Notes under the pieces: generated by a model
The model's input: the letters and a program-made list of their open reading frames with translations, nothing else
Database searches by the model: none
What the model was told of the DNA's origin: nothing
In this document: positions 38,978 to 53,481 of the stretch, one piece after another
Numbering within the stretch: position 1 is the first letter of the stretch
How the letters are laid out: each line of letters starts with the position of its first letter
Program-made: the position numbers and the translations under genes
From: Veleropilina oligotropha
Taxonomy: Eukaryota
Length of the DNA stretch: 64,000 nucleotides
Assembly: GCA_048128005.1 (NCBI GenBank)
Contig: JBEUKZ010000131.1
Coordinates: 186,001-250,000, forward strand
Reading direction: 5' to 3'

Positions 38978-41765
38978 GTAAGCGATATATCATAAAGGTC
39001 TTTATATCACGATTGAGTGATATGTCTTATAATGCCATCATTATTCATCAAGTCCTTGATATATTGTAATTTATTGATAACAATGGCATTCATATGAATG
39101 AATGTGCGGAATGGCAGCATGAGTTTGTATCATTATTCATCATGTAGTCTCATTCGTGCGTTTCAGTTCAGTATGTTACTACCAGTTCGATATCGTAATT
39201 TTTTAGTTTTGATGTTTATGTACATAACATGGTCTGAGTATTTTGTAGTATATATTGTAGATTATGGTGTTGTAGATATATGTGTTCCCCTAAGTTTTCA
39301 AACAACATTCTATGCTCGTAATTGCCGGTTCGTTTAGTTTTGCACGCTAATTCAAGGAGGCAGATATTATTTTGTCAGTTGAGAGATCGGAATATTGAAT
39401 TGTTTGCAAAAACCATAATCGTGGTCCATATTGCGATTAGCAAAGGTAATGAAAACATCTGGCGATGTCTTTATTTTTAAATTGTGCTTTGTGCCATGAA
39501 TAATGTCTATTGGTTAAGGCAAGTATGTTTAATCTCTTAACTGGCAAAATATAATGTCCGAAAGTTTTAAAACTATACAATCGGCTATTCGGGTAATGTA
39601 TCTGTGGCGGTTTGAACATAAGTCGGTAGTAATTTGACAGGACGTGAGAAGAGCCCATCTAATAATGTGTCCCTTTCGTTCGACTTATATTTTGATCATT
39701 CCAGTAATGATTTTCTGATGCTAATTTAACAATATTCTAAATTGTTTGAAAAATGTGTTTAAGAACATCCACTAGGCTATTTACTGAACCGCCATCATAG
39801 ATGCATTTCACTAATTTTATGAATGAAATTATGCATGACATCGCATGTGACCAATTGAATGGCAAGCGATGCTTTATTAGTAACATACCTCAGTGAAAAA
39901 CTACGATGCTTGTCCAGACCTAATAATCCGATCAAATCGTTACAACTAAAATATTCATGAACGTTTTGAATATCTGGCCGCCGTTTGTAACGTAGACATA
40001 AAATTTGCATTTAGTAATTCTATTGCTCTGTGTGCGGATCACTGTACAGAAAATAGAAATAATTCGTATACAAATTGCATATAAATTCCGTTACCTCAAT
40101 TATTTTTCCCAAGCCCGGTTCCATGCCGTCATTATTCGCTTGCTATATCAAATTCCCTCTCTATTGTTTTACAATTTCATTTAATTTGAGATCATTATCC
40201 CTTACACATATGCGAATCTTGCTTATTTATCAATCTGACAGTGTTATACTGTTTCAACATCGTAACTCCCAGTATGATAATTTTGTAAATTGTTTCTTGG
40301 TCTATTATCAATAAACTGTGGAACAACACTGATCATCACTCACATCATATTACGGCTATCTTTGTGAACAAGTTTCACATAATAAATACGCAGCTTGGCC
40401 GTAATACGTGTTATCACAGTGAAATAATATATTATTTGATATATCCAAAGCTGCTTGGACTTTAACTTCGTTCATATTAGCATATTGCATTTTATACGTT
40501 TATGTCCATACGTAAGACATTCCTCTGTTTTATTATTCCAATTTGGCGAGAAACGTGATTCCTGGTTTCATAGCATTTGGTATTTTAACTTTACTTGATC
40601 TATCCTGGCACGTGGATATATAATGCAAATCACTTAAAAAATAACTTGGCTTTTTGATTAATTAAATGTAATAAAGGGACATAAAGGTATTTGCAATATA
40701 GATGTATATGAACGATGTGCTTATTGCTTTGTTTGTTTCTTAATTAGTTTTGTCTTCAGAGCGACACTTGTTATATTTATTTCTCTGCAATTCCTCATAT
40801 TCCAAGAACTCGGCTATCTGCAAAATAACTTGTTTTAATTTCTACAGCTATTTTGTAAATGGCACCCTGCCCTACTTCTGACCCCTCCTCCACTCTGTCC
40901 GGAGCATCTGAACTCGTATTACATAATATTATACATAAGTTGATTGACCAATTAATTTTAATGTCATAGTTTTCTTTAACAGCAACATTTTCAAAAATAA
41001 AAAGGAAATAATTTTGCTCATGAGTTCTGTGCTCCAGACATGATATTGATGAAGCGGTCTGCTCATGACAGATAATTTATAATAATGGATTTACATTTGC
41101 AGGGAAAGGCATCCTTACAGTGCATGTCTCTGTTCGCATACCTCAATAAATCTTCAAAGGTGCATAAATTGCAAGTTATTTCTTGCTGTTTGTGAGCACC
41201 TATGTCGTATTGAGAATGTTCTACATATTTGTACTAATGTTGGCCATAATATTATAACACTATTGCTTTATATTATACTTACAAATATTTTCATTAATTG
41301 TTATCACTTACAACACCCAGAATCGCAAAATTGTCTTGTTAGTTCGCATTGGCAAGCATACTAGAGTTTACAGGTTTGCGTACTGAACGCATTTCATTTG
41401 CCCCGAAGCAAATGTGAATGGCTTTAGATACCTTCGGAAATGCATCGTGACTGCTCTACTATTGACATTATTTACTGAATGCCGCTTATTTTACTGGAAA
41501 TATTCGCCAAAAATTTCGTGTGCAACAAATAATAAAAACACTGTTGAATAGATTTTACTAAGCTTTTAATCTCATGATGGTGCATTCTATGCACTGTGTA
41601 GGCTCTTTTCGCCAAAAAATTAACCAACACTGCATGTTACTGTTATTGGCTTGGTAAGTATAACACCAGGTGGAACACCATTATCTATATCACCATTTTT
41701 TGTAACTAGAATTCTTTAATTTTCATTTTCATTTGCAATCACGTTCGTACTGGTTTACTTCATAG

Positions 41766-44700
41766 CTATGACCATGACTGAACCAAGAGCGCAAACACCA
41801 TTATCTGCCAAAGATCTTGAACAAAGCATAATTTCTTTGCCTCAAGAACAATCACGTACAACCCACTTGATATCTAATACTGATGGTTCCGAAATGGAAG
41901 TCGATCATTTATTGCTATCTCAATCAGAGCCTAACCGCATGCATAAAATTGATGGTGACGCAATTCCAGTTCGTGTCATGGATTTAGTACCGCAAGTTGA
42001 CCAAGGCACTGACATCGTGAGCATTGCATCAAGTGATTTGATTAAAGATCAATACACAAGCCTAAACGATGTCGTGTTTCATAATGATATGCTTCCTGTT
42101 GATGAACAAGCAATCCATGTGCCGCCAACAAAGGTGACACCTCTGAAGTACGAACAGTCATTAGCAGATACTGACCAAGAAGATATAAAATCGCATTCCA
42201 TAGTTGAACCAGCAACAGATAAAGGTTCAACAGCTGAAGAACAAATAGTTCCTCCTGATGACGAGCTAACTTCTCACCAAAATAATTTGACAGAAACTGT
42301 GCCCCAAGCTGACGATTTCATTAGTGAAATAATAACAGGACAAAGTGTTGATGTAGAAACATTGAAACGTGAGCATGTCACTTGTGTTTCTCCAGTAGAA
42401 ACATTTCCGCATGAAGCACTAGTCTCGGAAGAAACTAAACAAGAGCGTCCCGAATATGAAGATGTTAAAGCCGTTGCTGAAGTTGCTAGTGAAACGGTGC
42501 TCCAATATGACGATATCATACATAAAACAGAAACAGAACAAAGTGTTGATGTAGAAACAGTGCAACATGAGGAGGTCGCTGGTATTTCGCCAGCAGAAAT
42601 AGTTTCTGATGACAGAGAAAGAAGGCTTCCAGAATATAAAGAAGTCAATCTCGTTCCACCAACAGAAGCTGACGTTGTTAGTGAAACGAATCTTGAAGAT
42701 GACGATATCATTGCAGAATTAACAGAACAAAGGGTTGATGTAGAAACAGTGCAACTTGAGGAGATCACTGATACTTTATCATCACATTTCGAGGAAGTCG
42801 CTGATGTTTCGCAAGCAGACGTCGTCGACGAAATCACAGATATTTCTTCAGCTGATGTCGAGCAAGTCACTGATGTTTCACTGGCAAATGTCAAGAAAGT
42901 GATTGATGTTTCCCAGGAAAATGTCGAAGTCACTGATGTTTCACCAGCTGATATCGAGGAAGTCACTGCCATTTCACTGGCTGACGTCGAGAACATTACT
43001 GATGTTTCACCAGCAAATATCAAGGAGGAAGTAATTGATGTTTCACCAGCAGATGTCGTCGAGGAAATCACTGTCTCACCAGCTGATGTCGTGAAAATCA
43101 CTGACATTTCACCAGAAGATGTCGTCGCGGAATTCATTGATGTTTCATCAGAAAATATCGAAGAAGTCGCTGATGCTTCATCAGCCGATATCGTCGATGA
43201 AATCACTGAAATTTCACCAGCAGATTTTGTCGAGGAATTTACTGACGTTTCGCCCGTGTATGTAGAGGAAGTCGCTGATGTTTCGACTGTTGATGGCGCG
43301 GAAGTCACTGATGTTCCACCATTTGATGTCATCGAGAAAGTCTCCGATATTTCACCAGCAGCCGTTGAGGACCTCATTGATGTTTCATCATCAGATTCAG
43401 TCATGGAAATCACTGAGATTTCAGCAGCAGATGTCGACGAAATCACTAATGTTTCGCCAGTAGATGCCGTTGAGAAAGTCACCGATGTTTCACCAGCAGA
43501 TGTTGTGGAAGTCGCTCATGTTTTACCAGCAGATGTCGGCGAGGAAATCACAGACGTTTCACTCACAGATGTTGAGAAAATCACTGATATTTCACTGACA
43601 AATGTCGTCGAGGAAATCACTGTTTTATCAACAGATATCGAGGAAATTACTGACCTTTCACCAGCTGACATCATCGACGAAATTACTGATGCTACCGCAG
43701 GTTTCATCGCTGAGATCACTGACGTTTCAGCAGCAGATGTCGACGAAATAACTAATGTTTCGCCTACAGATTTCAGTGAATTACCAGCTGATGTTGAAGA
43801 AATCAATGGCATTTCACCAGCTGATGTTGAGGAAATCACTGACATTTCTCTAGCTGATGTTGAGGAAATCACTGACGCTTCACCAATTTATGCAGAGGAA
43901 GTCACTGACGTTTCACCCGTAGATGTCGTCGTGGAAATCACTGATATTTCAGCAGCAGATGTTGACGAAATCACTGCAGATGTCGTCGGGAAAATCACTG
44001 ATGTTTCACTAACGTATGCAAAGGATGTCACTGACGTTTCACCAGCTGATGTCATCGCGGAATTTACTGATGTTTCTTCAGCAGATGTCGAAAAAGTCAC
44101 TGACGTTTCACCAGCTGACGTCGAGGAAATTATTGATGCTTTGCCAGCGTATGCAGATAAAATCACTGATGTTTCATCAGAAAATATCGAAGAAGTCGCT
44201 GATGTTTCAGCAGCAGATTTCATCGAAGAAGTCACTGACGTTTCACCATCAAATTTCAAGGAAGTCATTGATATTTTACCAGCAGATGTCGTTGCAGAAA
44301 TCACGGACATTTCTCCAGCTGATGTTGAGGAACTCACTGACATTTCACCAATGTATGAAGAGAAAGTCACTGACGTTTCACCAGCTGGTGTCATCACGGA
44401 AATTACTGATGTTTCATCACCAGATGTCCATGATATCACTGATATTTCACCAGCAGATGTTTTCGAGGAAATCACTGATGTTTCACCAGAAGATGTTGAC
44501 GAGGAAATCACTGATGTTTCACCAGCAGATGATGTCGAGGAAATCACTGATGTTTCACCAGCAGATGTTGCGGAAGTCGCTGATATTTTACCAGCAGATG
44601 TCGTTGAGGAAATCACTGATGTTTCACCAGCATATATCGAGGAAATCACTGACCTTTCAGCAGCGGACATCATCGAGGAAATTGCTGATGTTTCATCAGC

Positions 44701-47700
44701 AGATTTGGTCGCTGAAATCACTGACGTTTCAGCAGCAGATGTCGATGAAATCACTGACATTTCTCCAGCTTATGTTGAGGAAATCACTGACGTTTCACCA
44801 GCGTATGCAGAGAAAGTGACTGACGTTTCACCAGCTGATGTCATCGCCGAAATTACCGACGTTTCAGCAGCAGATGTCGAGGAAGTCGCTGATATTTTAC
44901 CAGCAGATGTCATTGCGGAAATCACTGATGTTTCAGCAGCAGATGTCGACGAAATCACTGATGTTTCGACAGCAGATGTCATCGAGGAAGTCACTGACGT
45001 TTCACCAGCAAATGTACAGGAAGTCACTGATATTTTACCAGCAGATGTTGCGAAAATCACTGATGTTTCAGCAGCAGATGTCGACGAAATCACTGATGTT
45101 TCTCCAGCAGATGTCGTAGAGGAAGTCACTGACGTTTCCCCAGCAAATGTCAAGGAAGTCACTGATATTATACCAGCAGATGTCGTTGCGAAAATCACTG
45201 ATGTTTCAGCAGCTGATGTTGAGAAAATCACGGACGTTTCACCAGCGTATGCAGATGTCATCGATGAAGTCACTGACGTTTCACCAGCGTATGCAGAGGA
45301 AATCAATGATATTTCACCAGCATATATCGAGGAAATCACTGACCTTTCAGCAGCTGACATCGAGGAAATTGCTGATGTTTCATCAGCAGATTTCGTCGGT
45401 GAAATCACTGACGTTTCGGCAGCAGATGTCGATGAAATCACTGACATTTCTCCAGCTGATGTTGAGGAAATCACTGACGTTTCACCAACGTATGCAGAGA
45501 AAGTGACTGACGTTTCACCAGCAGATGTCGTCGCGGAATTTACCGACGTTTCAGCAGCAGATGTCGAGGAAGTCGCTGATATTTTACCAGCAGATGTTGA
45601 GGAAATCACTGATGTTTCGCCAGCAGATGTCATCGAGGAAGTCACTGACGTTTCACCAGCAAATGTACAGGAAGTCACTGATATTTTACAAACAGATGTG
45701 GAAATCACTGATGTTTCAGCCGAAGATGTCGACGAAATCACTGATGTTTCGCCAGCAGATGTCGTCAATGAATTCACTGATGTTTCACTTGAAAAAGGCG
45801 AGGAAATTACTGATGTTTCATCAGCAGATGTTGTCGAGGATATCACGGACATTTCACTAGCTGATGTTGAGAAAGTCACTGACGTTTCACCAATGTATGC
45901 AGATGTCGTCGAGGAAGTCGTTGACGTTTCACCAGCAGATGCCCAGGAAATCACTGATATTTTACCAGCAGATGTCGTTGCAGAAATCACTGATGTTTCA
46001 GTAGCTGATGTCGACGAAATCACTGACGTTTCACCAGCTGATGTTGAGGAAATCACTGACGTTTCATCAGCATATGCAGATGATGTTACCGATGTTTCAC
46101 CAGCAGATGTCATCTCGGAAATCAGTGACGTTTCACCAGCAGATGTCGTCAATGAATTCCCTGATGTTTCACCAGAAAAAGGCAAGGAAATTACTGATGT
46201 TTCATCAGCAGATTTCGTCGCAGAAATCACTGATATTTCATCAGCAGATGTCGAGGAAATCACGAACATTTCACCAGCTGATGTTGAGGAAATCACTGAC
46301 TTTTCACCAATGTATGCAGAGAAAGTCACTGACGTTTCACCAGCTAATGTCATCGCGGAAATTACTGATGTTTCATCAGTAGATGTCGAGGAAATCACTG
46401 TTTCACCAGCAGATGTTGTCGAGGAAATCACTGTTTCACCAGCAGATGTTGTCGAGGAAATCACTGATGTTTCACCAGCAGATTTTGTCGAGGAAATCAC
46501 TGATGTTTCACCAGCTGATGTCGAGAAAATCACTGTTTCACCAGCAGATGTTGCGGAAGTCGCTGATATTTTACCAGCAGATGTTGAGGAAATCACTGAT
46601 GTTTCACCAGCATATATCGAGGAAATCACTGACCTTTCACCAGCTGACATCATGGAGGAAATTACTGATGTTTCATCAGCAGATTTCGTCGCTGAAATCA
46701 TTGACGCTTCAGCAGCAGATGTCGAGGAAGTCGCTGATATTTTATCAGCAGATGTCGTTGCGGAAATCACTGGTGTTTCAAAAGCAGATGTCGAAGAAAT
46801 CACTTATGTTTCGGCAGCGTATGTCATCGAGGAAGTCACTGACGGTTTATCAGCAAATGTCCAGAAAGTCGCTGATGTTTTGCCAACCCATGTCGAAGAA
46901 ATCACTGACGTTTCACCAGCTGATGTCGAGGAAGTCACTGACGTTTCACCAGCAGATGTCGTCACGGAAATTACTGATGTATCATCAGCAGATGTCGAAA
47001 AAGTCACTGACTTATCACCAGCTGACGTCGAGGAAATTATTGATGCCTTACCAGCGTATGCAGAGAAAATCACAGATGTTTCACCAGAAAATATTGAAGA
47101 ATTCGCTGATGTTTCACCATCAGATATTGTAGAGAAACTCACTGATGTTTCACCGGAAAAAGTCGAGGAAATTACTGATGTTTCATCAGTAGATTTCGTC
47201 GTGAAAATCACTGATTTTTCATCATCTGATGTTGTCGAGGAAATCACGGACATTTCACCAGCTGATGTTGAGGAAATCACCGACGTTTCACCAACGTATG
47301 CAGAGAAACTCACTGATGTTTCACCAGCTGATGTCATCACGGAATTTACTGATGTTTCATCAACAGATGTCAAGGAAATCACTGATGTTTCACTAGCAGA
47401 TGTTGTCGAGGAAATCACTGTTTCACCAGCAGATGTTGCGGAAATCGCTGATATTTTACCAGTAGATGTCGTTGAGGAAATCACTGATGTTTCACCAGCA
47501 TATATCGAGGAAATCACTGACCTTTCACCAGCTGACATCACCGAAGAAATTACTGATGTTTCATCAGCAGATTTCGTCGCTGAAATCACTGACGTTTCAG
47601 CAGATGTCGAGAAAATCACTGATGTTTCACCAGCTGATGTTGCGGAAGTCGCTGATGTTTTACCAGCTGATATCGAGGAAGTCGCTGATGTTTCGTCAAC

Positions 47701-50700
47701 CCATGTCGAAGAAATAACTGACGTTTCGCCAGCTAATGTCGAGGAAATCACTGACGTTTCATCAGCATATGCAGAGGAAATCATTGACGATTCACCTGCT
47801 GACGTCATCGACAAAATCACTGATGTTTCGCCAGCAGATGTCGAGGAAATCATTGACGTTTCACCAGCTGACTTCGTCGAGGAAGTCACTGACATTTCAC
47901 CAGCTGATGTCGTCGAGGAAATCAATGTCACTAATGTTTCACAAATCACAGACGTTTCACCAGCTGATACTGATGTTTCACAAGCAGATATCGTTGAGGA
48001 AATCACTAACGTTTCACCAACTAATGCCATTGAGAACGCCACTGATGTTTCACAGGTGGATATCGAGGAAATCAATGACGTATCACCAGCAGTTGTCAGC
48101 GAGAAAGTCATTGATGTTTCACCAGCTGATATCAAGGAAGTTGCTGATGTATCACCAGCCTATGTCATGGAGGTCACTGACGCTTCACAATCTGGTGTCG
48201 AGGAAATCACTGACATTTCACCAGAAAATGCCGAAGAAGTCACTGTTGTTTTACCAGCAGATGTCGGGGAAATCACTGATGTTTCACCAGCAAATGTCGA
48301 GGAAGTCACTGATGTATCACCATCTGGTGTTAAGGAAATCAATGAACCAGAAAATGCTACAGAAGAAGTCACTGATGTTTTACCAGCAGATGTCGAGGAA
48401 GTCGCTGATGTTTCACCATCTGGTGTTAAGGAAATCTATGAACCAGAAAATGCTGAAGAAGAAGTCACTGATGTTTTACCAGCAGATGTCGAGGAAGTCA
48501 CTGATGTTTTACCAGCAGATGTCGAGGAAGTCACTGATGTATTACCAGCAGATGTCGAGGAAGTCACTGATGTTTTACCAGCAGATGTTCAGGTGTTCGC
48601 TGATGTTTCACCGGCAGACATCATCAAGGAAATCACTGATTTTTCACTGGCAAATGTCGTCAAAAAAGTCACTGACATTTCTCTGGCAGATGCACTCGAG
48701 AAAGTCACTGATGTTTCACCAGCAGATGTCGTTGAAAAAGTCACTGTTTCCCTTGCAGATGTGGAGAAAATCACTGAAATTTCACTGTCAGATGTCGAGC
48801 AAATCACTGACGTTTCACTGGCAAATGTTGAGGAAGTAGGTGTTTCACCAGCCTATGCAGCATTCATTGACGTTTCAGCAGCATATGTCGACGGAGACGC
48901 TGATATTTCAGCAGAAAATGTCGATGAAATTACTAATGTTTTACCAGCAGATATCGTCGAAGTAATCACTGATGTTTCACCAGCTGATGTCATCGAGGGA
49001 GTCACTGATGTTTCACCAGCAGATGTCGACGAAATAACTGATTTTTCACCAGAAGATATCGTCGAGGAAATCACTGATTCTTCGTCAGCAGAGGTCGATA
49101 AAGTCACTGGCGTTTCACTGGCAACTGTCGAGGAAATTGCTGATATTTCAGCAGCTGATATCGTCGAGAAAATCTCTGATGTTTCACCTGCCGTTGTCGT
49201 CGATGAAATCACTGTCGTTTCACAAGCAAATATTGAGGAAGTATCTGCTGTGTCACCAACAGATGTCATCGAGGAAATCACTGACCTGTCACCAGCAGAT
49301 ATTTCATCAGAAGTTGTCTACGAAGAAGTCACTGATGTTTTACCGGAAAATACAGAAGTTACAGATGTTTCATTACCGGACATCGCGGAAATCACCGATG
49401 TTTCACCAGCTAATGTCATCGAGGAAATCATTGTTTCACCAGCTAATGCCATTGAAGACGTCACTGATGTTTCACACGCAAATATTGAGGAACTCATTGA
49501 TGTTTCAACAACTGTTGAAGAGGAAATCACTCATGTTTCACCAGCGGACATCGTTGATAAACCCACTGATGTTTCACTGACTGAGTTCGTTAAGGAGGTG
49601 ATTGATATTTCACCAACATATGTCGAGGAAATCAATGATGTTTCGCCAACAGATATCGTTGAGGAAATCACTGGTATTTCACCAGGTAATGTCGAGGAAA
49701 TCGCTGATGTTTCCCAAGCAGATATCGTTGAGGAAATCACTAAAGTTTCGCCAGCTGATGTGATTGAGGAAATTACTGATGCTTCACCAGCAGATGTCGT
49801 CGAGGAAGTCACTGATGCTTCACCAGAAAATATTGAGGAAATTGTGGTTTCGCCAGCTGACGTTGTGGAGGAAATCACTGATGTTTCAACAGCAGAGGTC
49901 GATACACTCGCTGACCTAACAGCAGCTGATATCGTGGAAATCACAGATGTTTCATCAGCAGTTGTCTACGAGGAAGTCACTGATATTTTACCGGATGTCC
50001 CGGAAATCACCGATGTTTCACCAGCAGATGTTGAGGAAATTACTGGTGTGTCACCAACAGATGTCATCGAGGAAGTAACGGACTTTTCACCAGCAGATGT
50101 CTACAAGGAAGTCTCTGATGTTTTACTGAAAAATGTAGAAGTCACTGATGTTTCACAACCAGATGTCGCGGAAATCACCGTTGGTTCGCCAGCTGATGTC
50201 ATTCAGGAAATAACTGTTTCACCAGCTAATGCACTTGAAGACGTCACTGATGTTTTACTGGCAAATGTCGAAGAACTCGCTTATGTATCACCAGCAGTTG
50301 TCATCGAGAAAATCATTGATGTTTCACCAGCTGACGTCGTCCAGGAAATCACTGTCGTTTCACCAGCAGATGTCGATGAAATCACTGATGTTTTACCAGC
50401 TAATGTCGAGGAAATAACTGACGTTTCATCAGCTGATGTCGAGGAAATCATTGAAATTCCACATGAAAATATTGAGGATGTCGCTGATGTTTCGCCAGCT
50501 TATGTTGATAAAATCACTGATATTTCACCAGCTGATGTTGAGGAAATATTGGAGGAAATCTTTGATATTTCACCAGGGAATGTCGAGGAAGTCACTGATG
50601 TTTCACCTGCTCATGTCGAGAAAGTCTCTGACATTTTTCCAGAAAAGGTAGATGTCGAAAAAATCACTGATGTTTTACCAGAAGTTGTCGAGGAAATCAC

Positions 50701-52580
50701 TGATGTTTCACCAGAAAATGTTAAGGAAGTCACTGATGTTTTACAACCAGATGTCGCAGAAATCACCGTTGGTTCACCAGCGGATGTCGTTCAGGAAATA
50801 ACTGTTTCACCAGCTAATGCAATTGAAGACGTCACTGATGTTTCACTGGCAAATGTCGAAGAACTCGCTGATGTATCACCAGCAGTTGTCATCGAGAAAA
50901 TCATTGATGTTTCACCAGCTGACGTCGTCGAGGAGATCACTGTCGTTTCACCAGCAGATGTCGATGAAATCACTGATGTTTTACCAGGTGATGTCAAGGA
51001 AATAACTGACGTTTCATCAACTGATGTCGAGGAAATCATTGAAATTCCACATGAAAATATTGAGGATGTCGCTGATGTTTTGCCAGCTGTCGATAAAATC
51101 ACTGATATTTCACCAGCTGATGTTGAGGAAATATTGGAGGAAGTCATTGATATTTCACCAGGAAATGTCGAGGAAGTCGCTGATGTTTCACCAGCTCATG
51201 TCGAGAAAGTCACTGACATTTTTCCAGAAAAGGCAGATGTTGTCGAAGAAATCATTGATGTTTTACCAGAAGTTGTCAAGGAAATCACTGATGTTTCACC
51301 AGCTGTTATCGTCGAGGAAATCCCTGCAGATGTTGAGGAAATCACTGATGTTTCACCAGCTGATGTCGAGGAAATCACTGAAGTTTCACCAGCATATGCA
51401 GAAGTCACTGATGTTTCACTAGCTGCCGTCTTCGAGGGAGTCACTGATGTTTCACCAGCTTATGGCGTGAAAGTCACTGATGTGTCATCAACAAATGTCG
51501 TTGAGGAAGTCACTGACGTTTCAACAGCAGATGGTGAGGAATTCACCGATGTTTCACCAGTAGATGTCGCGAAAGTCACAGATGTTTTACCAGCAGATGT
51601 CGATGCGGAAGTCACGGATGTTTTACCGGAAAATATAGAAGTCACTGATTTTTCACTACCAGATGTCACGAAATTCACTGATGTTTCACCTGCAGATATA
51701 ACCGTGGAAATCGCTGACGGTTTACCAGCAAATGTCGAGGATGCTACTAATGTTTTTTCAACAGATTTTATCGAGGAAGTCACTAATGTTTCACTAGCAG
51801 ATGTCGAGGAAATCACTGGCATTTCACCCGCTGATGTCATCGAGGAAGTCACCGCTGTTTCACCAGCTGACGTCGCAAAGGTCACTGTGTCACCGGCATA
51901 TTCGGAGGAAATTATTGATGTTTCACCAACAAATGTCGTCGAAGAAAGTACTGATATTTCACCAGCTGAAGTCATCGAGGAGTTCACTGACGTTTCACTA
52001 GCAGATGTCGAAGAAATCAAACACATTTCACCAGCAGATGTCGTTAAGGAAATCAGTGAAGTTTCCTCATCAGATATTGACGAAGTCTCTGATAATTCAC
52101 CAGTATTATCAGACACTATTGTGCCTACATCATTGGGTAATGGCGATTCAAGAACTGGACAAATTGAAACTGGGACTGACGTTTTTGAGATAGGGTATAA
52201 TGATCAACTTCCTGGGGAACAAGTTGTTGCTGAATTGTTTCAAAATGACACTGACGCACAAGATTTGAAGACTTTAAATGATGATACCAACGTCGGAGAG
52301 GCCCCCATCTTCACCAAACTTTTGAAAGACATTGAAACAATTGAAGGAACCCTGGTCCATTTTGAATGTTGCGTGATTGGGAATCCGTGGCCTGTCATTC
52401 GATGGTTTGTCAATGGAGAACCAGTGGACGAATCGCACGGTTGCCATACTTTGTCCAGAGATGATGGTGTTTGCCTCTTGTGCATCCAAGAGACGTTTGC
52501 GGATGACGAAGGGGAATATGAATGCCAAGCAACAAATGCCTTTGGCATAGCAACCACATCAGCGGAGCTTTACCTAAAAG
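41766..52580 (+). CDS. Titin-like giant exon (10,815 bp, 3605 codons): EEITDVSPADV repeats plus Cys-rich I-set Ig
   Basis: Acceptor ggtttacttcatag|ct and donor aaag|gtatca. ORF 41768..52672. Ig GEAPIFTKLLKDIETIEGTLVHFECCVIGNPWPVIRW..DEGEYECQATN. Confidence 0.88.
42760..52090 (+). repeat. Coding minisatellite, 33/36-bp unit (gaggaaatcactgatgtttcaccagcagatgtc[gtc]) = EEITDVSPADV(V); roughly 270 copies estimated from length
   Basis: Unit is directly visible throughout in DNA and protein. All length variation keeps the reading frame. Confidence 0.95.
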
Positions 52581-52935
52581 GTATCAATTTCTCTGTGTGG
52601 TTCAAACACATTAACGCAATATTCGGCATGGCTTCATTTCATTTTATTTTAGCATATCATCATAGAGCTTAAAGTTTAACATGCTTACAGATTCGTTTGA
52701 AATGAAAGGTAAGTGAAGTCTTGGCGACTTGATATACTGAAATATATACCGACTGCTTAGTCTTTTACAATATAAAATTAGGAGATGATCAATTCCCTTC
52801 TAAGCATTAATGTTAAGTTAATATATATTACATTACTATTTCGATTTTTTTAGGCAAATTATTAATTGGTCTAAAGATGTTATCTAAGATTGGATTAAGA
52901 GTCTTTGTTATAAACAAACCTTGTTTAGTAATATG

Positions 52936-53275
52936 CCGCTGTGGCTCAGTGGTAGATGCACTGGCCTCTCATCGAGAGGGTTGCAGGTTCAATCCCTGAT
53001 CCCGGCAAATTCCCGTGGGCAAGGAATTAAACATATATGTACCTCGGTTTCACCCAGCTGATCTGATATCTAACAGTACCTGGTTGGCAGTGACAATTGT
53101 CAGAACGACTGGTCAAACGCCTCACAGACATGTACTTGACCGCAATATTCTCAAAGAGAGTTAGTTGCAAACCAATGTTGAATGAACAGGCCAATAACCA
53201 GGGAATAATAATGATGGAAGTGCTTTGAGCATGCATTCATGTGTGAAACAGCGCAGATAAATCTTCAACATTAGT
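52936..53275 (+). mobile_element. Second tRNA-derived SINE family (Nin/Deu-like core, L2-like 3' end)
   Basis: A-box tggctcagtgg, B-box ggttcaatccc, core cacccagctg..gtacc, 3' end agtgctttgag...gcgcagataaat. Confidence 0.6.
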
Positions 53276-53481
53276 CAGTACAGTATTACAGATTAGTTTT
53301 TCCCGTAAAAGCAGTAACTAGTTGCTGGAAATATTAACAAAATAAACTAATATCTATTAGGTATGGAATACAATTTCTCATTTTAACAAGTATTGTGGTC
53401 ACTGAAAATACTGACAAAACACATTTTACTAAGAACATGCAAAGTTGCAAAAACAATATTATTATGTTGCAAGTATGTTTG

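Noticed and set aside
42274..52116. Long minus-strand Ser/Thr-rich ORFs (up to 677 aa) and shifted-frame plus ORFs
   Set aside because: Shadows of the repetitive plus-strand coding frame; the same applies at 5-14 kb and 57-64 kb.
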